Positions 23,915-34,588 of a stretch of 38,542 nucleotides of DNA are shown here, piece after piece. Location of the stretch: contig WELB01000001.1 of the NCBI GenBank assembly GCA_009602725.1, positions 1,074,860-1,113,401 on the forward strand, read 5' to 3'. Source of the stretch: Spirogloea muscicola (lineage: Eukaryota). The notes under the pieces are model-generated. The model was not told where the DNA came from, ran no database searches, and was given only the letters and a program-made list of their open reading frames with translations. A program made the position numbers and the translations under genes. Each line of letters starts with the position of its first letter. The first letter of the stretch is position 1.

Positions 23915-26900
23915 TCAGCTTGAGACCTTGCTACGAATTTCTGTCGAGGATATGTCCATACGAAAGTTCTCTTCCGGGATGGCCTTGAAGAGATCCGCAA
24001 TTTCGTGTGGTACATCAATATCAGAGAGCACCTGCAGCCCCTCGTGAGGAAAGGTAGGAAGTCAGATAGCAAGCCCCCGAGGCAGCAGGGCCTTATGTGA
24101 GGCTTACTGCACCGACAAGATGTCAAATTGGAGATGACAATACATCAAGTGGTTAAGAAGCTTCTCACCATGAATTTGCCATCTACTAGGCGGCCAGCAA
24201 CAAGGAAGTCACACCCTTGGCCTTTTATGTCTGCGAGGGTGTCCAGCATCTTTTGGAAGCTACTATCATAGTACTTGGGCTGCAACCGTGCACAGGCTAG
24301 CTCACAAATCAGAACAGAAAGAGCGGCAGGGAGCACTTGAAGAGCTTGAAGAGCTTTGATATTACTTTGACGTTGCTGGCTCAATCATAGCAAAGATCTG
24401 TGGCATTTCGAAATTTGTATAAGGGTCGTCATACTGGTCATTCTGCTTGCCAACCACCACAAAAACCACGTACATCGACTAGTCGAACGGCAGTGTCACT
24501 TCCAATCACAAATGTGCTTTCTGGCAACAGCTCTGCCTTCTTGAAAAATAGCGGCTGGTTTGTAATGACCACTGAAAGACCTACATAACCACACATACAG
24601 AGCACGGAGCTCAGAATTGACAATAGTGCTAGACACTGACCACCTCATGACCACAATCTGCAGCTGTTGGTAATATTGCCCACTGTAAGCAAAGACAGAC
24701 CGAGCAAGCTGCATCCCATTCTTAAGTACAGTTGTGCTAACCTGTCACTAGTGTCTGCAAAGTATTCTTGTGCAAGTGTATCCAGGACAACAGACTTTTA
24801 TGCACCAACTTGCACATTTCACATCTTCCCCATGTTCTGGGATCTTGACTTGCTAGACAAGTCCACTTACGAGTACACTTACCTCTACGCTCGAATTGAG
24901 ACAACCTTTGCTTGATGACCGTCAGACTCAGAGGCGGTTTATCAGCATTTATAGCTGATATTTCAAAGCATGGGAAGGCATCCACCTGGTTTCTGCAATG
25001 GATTGCAAAGGAATGCGATGATGTGGAAGCCCAGCATGAATACATGTGTCACTTCCTATCCAGCCTACACAAGGTCAGACTGCAAATCTGACCACCAAAC
25101 AGTGCTAAGAGAGAGTCTGATGGTGTACTTGCAAGCTGCATCCAAGAGCTTGAGATGTCCATCATGTAGGGGATTGAAGGATCCAGATAACATAATCCGT
25201 CTTCCATCTCTTGGCGAATCTACTGGCCAGGTGCCTGTTGACGTTGATCAAAGAAAGCAAACTTGTCGCATGAGCAACTAGCCAGAGGAGCTCGTCCTTT
25301 CCTCATCTCACCTGCTGCCAACCTAGCTACTAAGCTGTTCATCTCGTGACAAGAATTTGCAGTAAGATATGCAGCTTGTGTAACACATGATGACGAGTTT
25401 GTGGAGCACATCAAAGGGGTGCTCTGCTTAAGTGCACTTGCAAGAACCTGGCGAGCTGACCATGGGAATTTCCCCCTCAAGGAGCTGCGTGAGCTGCTCC
25501 TCTGCAGAGTACACTGTGTGTTTCTTCTGTACCACCTCCTCACCTTCCTTGAGCTGGATTGGTATTCTTTGATTGACGTTGCAGGCATCAGCTAAAGCCT
25601 GTCAGCTTGGCCGTCCAGAGTCAGTCCACGTTTAAGTTGCTGGCTTGACAAGGAGAGGAAAATATGCGTTGTCACCAACAGATGTTCCTCTCAGGGGTGT
25701 GCCACTACATACTTAGACAATATTCTAATGCAGGTCTGTGCAGATGGATCTAATCGTGCCCGTCAAAATTACCAACAGTAGTGATGATGGGTAATGGTTG
25801 CTTGCTCATTGGCAGTAACATCATAGCTAAATACAGATAAAGGTTGGTGTAAGCTCATTACAAGCACATTGGTCTGTCTGCCTCTGCAGAGGGTCTATCA
25901 GAAAGTCTGTAGGGTATCAGCGAACCTGGAGGACCAGCAGACTGCTGATACCATCCTCCTCTGATCTACTTCTTTCCCCCTGATACAAGGCTGCTACCAT
26001 GTTTGCTGCAAGGAGATGCTAGAGAAGCTATCCTCCTGGTGATGCATCTTGGCCATATCACCTCACAATTGATGCTTGCACGTGAACAGCGATGCCAGTA
26101 CGTGATTTGATTGATCTCAATAACAAGCCAATCAAAAAGAGGCCGGGATTGCCAACCTTGGTCAAGGTCAGCCCATACTCCCACTTTTCTGCCTGAGTAC
26201 GTACTGCCACAAAGCATCTTCGATGCTAGCAGAAACAACACAACCTTCAGCTTAATTAGCGCCGTACTTTGGAAGTGTATGTGCCGCTTTGAAGTGCAAT
26301 GCGAGGAGAATCTGTCACAGCTTATGCACAGGAATCGATAGCCCATTGACATGAAAAGGCTGCACCTGTGAGGTCCTTTTTTGGCAGGGACAGAGGCAAG
26401 AGCGCAAGTGCAGCCAATGCCGGCTACACTGTATCCTGGAAAACAGTGTTTGACAGATCAATAGCTGGTTGTGGCAGTTTCCAAATAGTCTACGAAGCAG
26501 CTACCTGGTGGCTTGCTTTGGCTTCCGAGAGCCGAAACAGATTGTTCCCATCTGTCGCCACTAGCATCTGTCGCCACTGTCGCCACTAGCTATCAATATC
26601 ACTTTAGGACTTGTTTGAACAATAATTGTGCCAGGGGTTTGCGTATGAAACTGTTGACAAGGTACATGCTCATGTCAGATGATGTGTACCGGGTGTAGCG
26701 AGCTTCAGAGCACGATTGTAGGCTGCTACTGCAATGTCATGTGCAGTAGCCTCACTTGTGAATTGCTGAGGTACCTGCACGATTAAATTGTCAATGTAAG
26801 CTTGGGCACTGAGCTTCACAACCTGTCAGGCCAGCTTTGGCCTGACAATCCCAGCAGCTCAGCAGCACCGTCAACAGTAGGTGTTCTCATTGTCGTCGGT

Positions 26901-27455
26901 CAACTTTCATTTGACCGACGAGCTACATGACTAGCTAGTGATATCTGCAAGGACTGGGGATAATCTACTGAAGCCCTTGGTGGAACAATATTTGATGAAG
27001 TAGGAGTTAGATGCTTCCTATTAGCTGCACACGCATGTGCAGAGTCAGATGTGGCACTGCCTTCTGACTATACTGAGTACTTCGATGTGTTTGAAGACCA
27101 CTGACCACCCTAAGACTTGATACACAGAGGACTCAATCTGCACGTCACCTTGCCAAGGACATTGACCATTGACCGCCGAGAGTATGGTATTGTTGCCTCA
27201 AGAAGCGTATTTGAGGCGCCTGGGACAGATAGAAGCCAACTCAACGCCTGTCACCAGCTGAGACATCGTTTTAGAACAACGAGTATGTATATGAGCAACA
27301 ACAAGTTGCAACAATGTATGTGAGTCAGTCTCTCAGCTGGCAAATCAGCAACAATCAAGACAGAGAACCTGGGAGGCGCCGCCGGACAGGCAGATGACAG
27401 CTCGTGTTGGCGCTGCATGAATGGCCTCCACGGCCGCCCGCACGGCCACGTCCAT
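23915..27455 (-). CDS. Nucleotidylyltransferase superfamily protein (CinA-like N-terminal domain plus HxGH cytidyltransferase-like domain; plant At2g01220/At3g27610-type), 12 exons
   Basis: Spliced protein reads MDVAVRAAVEAIHAAPTRAVICLSGGASQ|ALSWLLSVPGASNTLLEATIPYSR...AYNRALKL...KKGPHR...LSGSFNPLHDGHLKLL...FEISAINADKPPL...NQPLFFKKAELLPESTFVIGSDTAVRLVD|PKYY...FLVAGR...FRMDISSTEIR. First exon 27455-27369, last exon 24031-23915. Confidence 0.93.
26550..26590. repeat. Short intronic tandem duplication (CTGTCGCCA x3)
   Basis: ATCTGTCGCCACTAGC ATCTGTCGCCA CTGTCGCCACTAGC read directly. Confidence 0.8.
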
Positions 27456-27819
27456 ATGAACAAGCGCCGACAGGCACTTGGACCTACTACTTGTTGCTGG
27501 CCTGCAGGGAGGACCTTGTTGTAACTCGATGGTACTCAGCTACACCATCTGTAGCCGACCTCCTGACTGATCTTTCATTCCCGCCTGCGTGCGTCGCGGC
27601 AGCAGGAGCGGAAGAGAGGTGGAACGCGCGCTCTGTCGGACGACGCGCGGCAACGACTGGGGCTGCTGGCGGTAACTCATCCCGCGAGGGGGTAGTGGTT
27701 GCTGATACTGGCGATCGTGAAGGCTTGCCAAGTGCGTGCCAAGAGAGAGCGAGCTCTAGCGAAGGAGGTGGCAACGAAGGGCCAGCCCAGAAGACACTTC
27801 GAATAACGTCTCGACCCCC

Positions 27820-28265
27820 CTGCACTACTCAGACTACCCCCGCAGTGACCACCTCCTCCCGGCCGCAATCGACACTTTCGGCTGCTTGGGTCCTCGCTTC
27901 CATACCCTACTCGAGAACATAGCGAGTCTGGGATATGCACGACGCGAGGATATGCTCCCAGCCCAGATGGGTATACCGGCAGCCTATCTGTCATTTCTGC
28001 GACGTCGAGTGTCAACCTGTCTGCAACGAGCTCAGGCGTATGCTCTGCATCAGAAAGCTGGTCGAGCCTTAGCTGCTGGCACAAGAGCTAGTCAATTGCC
28101 GTCCGGTATTCGAGCGTCAGCTAGCGACCTCTATGTGCTGACTCGTGGTTACTGAGCGGGTCAGCTTAGCAGCAGGTGACGTACATTTGTCCAATGTGCT
28201 TGCCTTTGTACTTGGCCACACATGGCCTCCCCATCTCTTAATATACACGCATTTTCTGTTCGGCC
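27820..28265 (+). mobile_element. 5'-truncated RLE-type non-LTR retrotransposon remnant (C-terminus plus 3' UTR)
   Basis: The open frame reads LHYSDYPRSDHLLPAAIDTFGCLGPRFHTLLENIASLGYARR...FLRRRVSTCLQRAQAYALHQKAGRALAAG...SDLYVLTRGY* (stop 28153-28155). This resembles the end of the restriction-like endonuclease region of CRE/NeSL/R2-superfamily elements (KxxxY...P.a.(E/D)tfG..G...R.S..LQR..A). Confidence 0.75.
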
Positions 28266-28409
28266 ACCCTGCAAAAGACGGGATACAATTTGTGGAAAAG
28301 CCGCAACATGGGATGACATACCAAAAGCAAAGCCAGTTGCTTCAATGAGAAGCAGTGATTAGCCACTCAGTAATGATCCCATTGTCGACTAGATGCAAGT
28401 GGAGTAGAC

Positions 28410-28545
28410 TTGCAGCTACTATGTCCCACTTGTACGTGCTCACACAGGTTTGATGCCTGCTCCTTTGACATTGTCCATTCTTTCTGGGCTGGCTTTGCTG
28501 GCCCCCTTTCTCTATGGGCGCGCTCTTTCTTCTTTCTTCTTTCTG
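28410..28545 (+). mobile_element. Divergent retrotransposon tail in the spacer of the long inverted repeat
   Basis: AATMSHLYVLTQV* (stop 28451-28453), then TTGTCCATTCTTTCTGGGCTGGCTTTGCTGGCCCCCTTTCTCTATGGGCGCGC and a (TCTT/TTC)n tail. Confidence 0.7.
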
Positions 28546-28557
28546 GCCAGAATAAGG

Positions 28558-28922
28558 AAATGCGTGTATATTAAGAGATGGGGAGGCCATGTGTGGCCAA
28601 GTACAAAGGCAAGCACATTGGACAAATGTACGTCACCTGCTGCTAAGCTGACCCGCTCAGTAACCACGAGTCAGCACATAGAGGTCGCTAGCTGACGCTC
28701 GAATACCGGACGGCAATTGACTAGCTCTTGTGCCAGCAGCTAAGGCTCGACCAGCTTTCTGATGCAGAGCATACGCCTGAGCTCGTTGCAGACAGGTTGA
28801 CACTCGACGTCGCAGAAATGACAGATAGGCTGCCGGCATACCCATCTGGGCTGGGAGCATATCCTCGCGTCGTGCATATCCCAGACTCGCTATGTTCTCG
28901 AGTAGGGTATGGAAGCGAGGAC
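28558..28922 (-). mobile_element. Inverted second copy of the retrotransposon remnant (365 bp)
   Basis: Reverse complement of 27890-28254. I see one substitution (ATA vs ATG, I/M in AQMG(I/M)PAAY). ORF 28657..28971(-) repeats ORF 27886..28155(+). Confidence 0.9.
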
Positions 28923-29170
28923 AAAGGAAGGGTCCAAAGCACCATCCTGCGATACTCTCGCCCTGCTTCATTAGCCCCCTGCTAGCCTAGGGCTTCGCTT
29001 AGTGTAGCGCCCTGTTAACACTTCCTTCGCCCTTTTTGTATTGGCTCGGCTTGGACTCCCTTTTACTTCATGAGTACCCCGCGTCTTACCTCTTCCGCGA
29101 GATTGAGCTGCAGGCCACGGGACGACGCGCAGACCTCGCATCCTCGCCCGCCGCTGAGCCCGCCCTTGTC

Positions 29171-29246
29171 AGGCGCGGCTCCAGTGTGTCAAGGCTCACT
29201 ACGGGCTACCTAGGCGCGGCTCCAGTGTGTCAAGGCTCACTACGGG
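29171..29246. repeat. 35-bp exact direct repeat (period 41)
   Basis: AGGCGCGGCTCCAGTGTGTCAAGGCTCACTACGGG at 29171-29205 and 29212-29246. Confidence 0.95.
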
Positions 29247-29495
29247 TAGCTGCTGCCGCATGGCTGACAAAGCCTGACTTGAATCCAATGTCATCACCAT
29301 GGACCGTCACGCTGGCGTCAGCTGCAAGTTCTTCTGATCAGAGGTGCGACCAAGACTTGACCATAGACCTGCTTGGTGCTGCGCGCAAGCGGCTGGACTG
29401 CTGCCTGCACGCTGTCGCGGCAAATTAGCGCAGGCTCACGACTTTGCCACCTGCTTTAGCTAATTACTGCTCTACTTCCGCTGCTGGCTTTGCAG

Positions 29496-32400
29496 GCGCT
29501 TGCTCTGCTAGCTTCAAGAAGTATGGTGACAGATATGCAGGAAAGTGCGGCTGGATCTGGCCGGGATATTGCAGAGCCAGCAATAGGGCCCAGCAAGAGC
29601 AGTAACTGCAGGCTTCCTTGCGATCTACGTCCAGCTGCGCTTGACATCCCAGAACATGATACGCTTGCTGACAGCGACAGACCTGCGGCAATGTCCATTC
29701 AATCTGTGATGCAAGGTTGGACAGAAGAATGGCCCCATGACCAACCTACATCCCTTGCATCGCTCCCAGTCCCGGCCTTTCATGAGTTTGAAGCAATACC
29801 AAAGCTCCATCGTAAGAGAGCACTGTGCCTGGGTGCTCTTGAGTGTATGACTGCTCTACAAGCTCAGACTTCTAGTCACCGGCCTCCCACCCTCGAGGCC
29901 CCATGCATTGCCTCTTACAGCCAGAACGAGGCCAGCATTATGACAGGTCTTCTAAGCTTGGGGACACAGTGCTGCCTCCATTGCCCAAGCACAACAACCA
30001 TGGACATGGCTCTGCCTTCAAGCAGCTTCGAGAAGAGAATTGTCATGCCAACTCTAGTCCTGGACGGAATATCCATTCGTTCCCTGCCAATTCCCTCTGT
30101 TCCGACAGCCAGTTCCAACGGCTTCGATATGACCTACGTGCTGCAACTAGCTGAGAAGGAGTCACCACAGGCCTCTGTGAGTCTCTACAACACTCTGATG
30201 ACATCCAGTGTCACTCTCACGGACAAGCTGGAGAGGTGCCTTCCAGAGACACCGGTGCAGGTCACATCACAACGACTCCCACTACTTCAAGTAGTGATGG
30301 ATAGAGAAGTGTCACTAGCAGACACAGATACGACAGGCATCCAGCGGGAACGGTCACAGAAGGAAGGGCAGGTACCCCTGCTTACAGGCATCCCGCCCAG
30401 CTTGGTTCATCTGCCTGATAACCAAACACTGCTAGCAGTATCAAACAGGCCCTGTGCAAGCCTCGGAAAGGGTGGAGAAGCTTCACAAGCAAGAAGATTA
30501 CCTGCTCCAACCATGTCAAGCGAGCTCAGCTTCTACATAAGGACAAGGCTGCCTTGTGACCTCAACAGTGAGACGCTGAAACACTGCATAGAGGAGCAAA
30601 AGGGTGTGGAGCTGCACTTAATCAGGCCTTCAGACTCACTCTGTCAGATTCTTAGTGCTATGAAGGAGGACTACACCAGGGTTGAGGGGGATTGGGGACC
30701 GCAAGAAGGATCCAGTCATCATTTTGGCTTGGATGCACAGGGCACTGCTGCTCTGCGAGCCAAGATTGAGGGCATGGCTCAAGGGGTGGCAAGGACTCAG
30801 CTGCCAGCTCTTCGGAGTCTTGTGGCTATGCATACTCTGCGGCAGGCAGCTCGGGCGCTGGCAGACTATGGGATACGTGTCGCCCATTTATACTTGGAGC
30901 AGGCTCTTCAGCGGATGACATTCTTAGAGGCAGCAGCAACTAGGTGCCGCACAAGGCTCACTCTCGCATTTGAGGAGGTGGAATCTGGCCTGCTGGAAGA
31001 TCATCCAAAGCTCGCAGTTTTGATGCAAACTCTCAGAAGTCCGCTAGAGCTTCAGAAGCGGGCAGGCAACACCCTTGCAACCCTCATAATATTGGAACAG
31101 AGGGGCTTCTTCACTCTCTTCAGACCCTTGCTGAGCTTGGGATTGAGACCTTACCAGGTGGACAAGGAAGGCTCGCTCCTGCACAATGGAGCATTTGACA
31201 AGACAATGACACATTTGCTGAATGACATGATTGAGCAGATTCTGGCTGTTGCAGACTGCCTGCTCCTGCCTGAAGCGTACGCATAAGCTCTGCACAATCT
31301 TCTTCTGCAAAAAGCTACGACCGCACCTTATGCTCCTCATTACTGTAGTGCACAATTTGGCAGACTCTTGTCCTTTCTAGGGCCCCAGTCTACATGCATG
31401 TATATCTTATCCAGGGGATGGTTTGTCATGGGCTCAATGCTGTGTATGTCATGCAGGTACATCACAGAGTCATTCCAGTGGCAATGCTTCTCAACTGTTG
31501 TACTATATGCCTCAGAAGCTTCGCAAGAAGTTCTGGAGGCTTTGAAGCAAACGCAATGTACAGTGCACCACTTCAAGATGGAGATTGAATATTCCAAACT
31601 ACTGAGAAATTGCGGTGGAACTGAGAGACTGACACCAGGACTACACGAGCCACCTCTTATCACAGATGGCAACATTAATCAGCAACTTGAGAAGGAAAGC
31701 TGCTGGAATGCCCCGATGGTTTGCCCAACAAGCAAGCAAGCAGGGTGTCATTGCGATATGATCTTGGTGGTAAATATCAGCAGGACAGGAAGCCAACCTG
31801 GTACTCGGACTGGGCGCTGGCATTTGCAAGATCACTTACTGAGATGGGAGGCAGACAATGTGCAGGTAAAAGTCATATGATGGGAAGAATAATACTCTAT
31901 CGTACAGTATGCAATAGTCGAGCAATACCAGTCCTTAATTTCACAGCATGTCGCAGGTTATTGAGAGGGAGCTACTGCTTCCACTGGACATCATTTTGAG
32001 TCCTACAGCAGCCTTCGCACTCTACACAGAGGAGAAGCTTGAGCTTGACGCCAGACCACTCGCAAAGTCCTCAACCAACTACGTGGAAATTATTGTCGAT
32101 GACCACTTGAGAGCAATCAGCTGCGCATATGACCTGGTCATCTTGGTAGGGCCTTCTGCATCATTTGGCTTGACATATTTGAAGGGCCTTCTGTCTGGGC
32201 AAGTACATATGGCCGTATTTCACCCAGCTTGCCCGCGTATTGACGCCTGCTTAGTTCCCGATAGTCCTGCTTGCTCTGTGATCAACTGCTGTTGCAGGTC
32301 TTCGAGGGTGGTTGGCAATTCACAAGCAGAATGCTTCATGTTCTGGACGACCTTTACGCTGCTGCGCTTGGACTGGACATTCAGCTCCAATGCTTTCTAT

Positions 32401-34073
32401 CTGACACAGAAGAGCAGACAGGCGAGCTGCTTACAGAGTGCATAAATGCAGTGAGGCTCTCCTTGGCGTCCAGCTACCCAGCTATGTCAGAGTCTCCTAC
32501 CCTTGCCGAAGGCTTCTTGAACAGATTCCCAGCCTTGAATACGCTGAGTGGACATTGCATACTGTCAGCTGGTATTCCTCTCCCTGTGTTCATGTGCCTG
32601 TCTCCTGCTCAACAAGCTGCTGCAGTGAGCCAGTTCAAGGTGTCGAAGCGTGCGCTGGATCTATATCGGATGCAGTGCCAGCAGACTGTGGACGTCGGTA
32701 GCAGCAGCGTGCAATGGGACGCAACAGGTACTACGTACGGTCAAGGCCATGTTCCTGGAGGCCGAGAGCAGGTCAGCCATACCAGACAGGAAGTACATTG
32801 GCGGAGACCAGAAGAAGGCTTGCAAGAGCGGTACAGCTGCGATGGCAGCGGTGTGCGTAGGCTCAACAGACGTTCGTCAGGTGCTCTGGAGAAAGTCATC
32901 AACAGAGAAAGAGTTCCTTGTCCACAATCACATACAAGGGATGAGCTTGAAGACAAGGACACAGCAATGCATATGTCCCCAGAATATTTTGACACGGATA
33001 CTGGACTAGAAATTGAGCAGACTCAGGACATGTCCATGAAGGGAGCCCTCCGGCAGTGGCTAGCTTCTAGAAAGCAAGGGCTCCAGCAGACTCGCACCAG
33101 AAAAGCCCGGCTCATGTCAAAGGTACAGCCCACGAATATTGAGGTAAAATTGGCTCCTTCACGGAGGCGGTGGCTTGAGGAAGATTGTCATATTGGTGCA
33201 GTGCAGGACCCCTTCTTTGACCAGACTGCAGATGACGGGCACGACTCTACTTTCAGCCCAAGCGAAAACTCTCAGAGGAGTCCACTTGACAGCCTGGGTG
33301 TCACATCTGTAGATGATGCTCTCAAGAGCTGGATCGCTGCCAGGAGGACCGATTGTAAGGTTCAAAAGCAGGTATCAAAGAGGCATAGGCATAGTGCTAT
33401 TCCTGCTCTGCAGCGAAGGGTCCAACAGAGGCTGGAAATGTCTGCAGCTAAATCAGGACTGGCAGATGTTGACATCTACCAGCTACGCGCAGAGCGATCA
33501 TCTGAGAATGGTATGCTTCACGCCTTCAGCTTTTTGAGCACAGTATGCTGTTCCATAGGGAGCCTTACATGTGGATGCCGTTTATAATGCAGGGAGGCAA
33601 CCGAAGCTCCCAGAGTTTGAACAGTGGCGGCACAATGCCCTGCACACGGTCTGGGAGGACAGCAACTCAAAAATTACCCAACAAAGACGCTCTGGATCAA
33701 GCTCCACTAGCTCAGATTCTTGGCAGGATCTCCAATCATGGACCCCACTGGACAAGCGAGCCAAGCAGGTAGGTGCATCCTCGCACTGTTGCCCAGTGGT
33801 CAAGGAGCCACTTGGCTGCAATGTAATTGCAACAAAAGACTGCTACATGTGCGTACCACATAAGCAGCAAGACTGCGAGGATGTCATTGTGGATGACAAT
33901 GATTGAGGATGCTCTCTATCACTGTTGCACAACTTAGCAACAATGTGTTGTACATGGCGCAGGAACTCGGATTTGATAGAAGGGGTAAGAAGGGCCAGCA
34001 GAGCAAGCTAGTATGGACAGAACCCCAGTACATGCCCCAGAACCCGCTTGGTGACTTTAAGCTTGACCTATGA
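29496..34073 (+). CDS. SHOC1: SHORTAGE IN CHIASMATA 1-like (Zip2/XPF-like ZMM meiotic crossover protein); 5' end unresolved
   Basis: Exons ~29496-31276, 31457-31865, 31957-32145, 32298-33510, 33593-33768, 33963-34073. Motifs VQVIERELLLPLDIILSP, VFEGG..DDLYAAALGLDIQLQCF, MSESPTLAEGFLNRFPALNTLSGHCILS and C-terminal WTPLDKRAKQ...QSKLVW match plant SHOC1 from recall. First in-frame ATG is at 29523, but a CAG acceptor at 29493-29495 suggests an upstream exon. Confidence 0.88.
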
Positions 34074-34588
34074 GTCCCACAGTAAGCTGTACATTGAGGC
34101 TACCAAGCTTTATGCCTGACAGCCTGCCACCAGTTGGCACTGCAGCTATTAAGAGGTGCCACGCCATTACCCATGTACTATCATGAGTGGAGTACTTCTT
34201 GTATGCTCACTTGCCCTTTGGTATTCATCTGTTGCATTGGCTGAAGTGCAGTCCTATGCACTTCAGACATCGCTCCATCGACTTCCATGGTGTGATAGCA
34301 TCGGGGAGATAGACACCCAACATGTGCTGGCTGCCACCTTGCAAGTGACAAGTGCTGCTGCTGCATAGAGCAAATTGTCATGGCTCTCTAGAGCTCATAT
34401 ATGATGAACCACTGCAAATAATTACAACGCCTGTACACTATCATTGGTGACATTGGAGGGCCAGAGGCCTCTAGGCCATCGAGCCCATGACAAGGTCGCC
34501 ATGATTGCAACACACATGATGCCCACCGCCAACAGCCATGTCATGCTGACTCCAACTCGGGCAGAAGAAAGGGCTCGCTAGCCAGTTA

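Noticed and set aside
27890..28922. DNA transposon/MITE with long terminal inverted repeats
   Set aside because: No TSD is visible at the outer ends, the left arm's reading frame continues beyond the repeat boundary (27820-27889), and the arms encode an RLE-type C-terminus.
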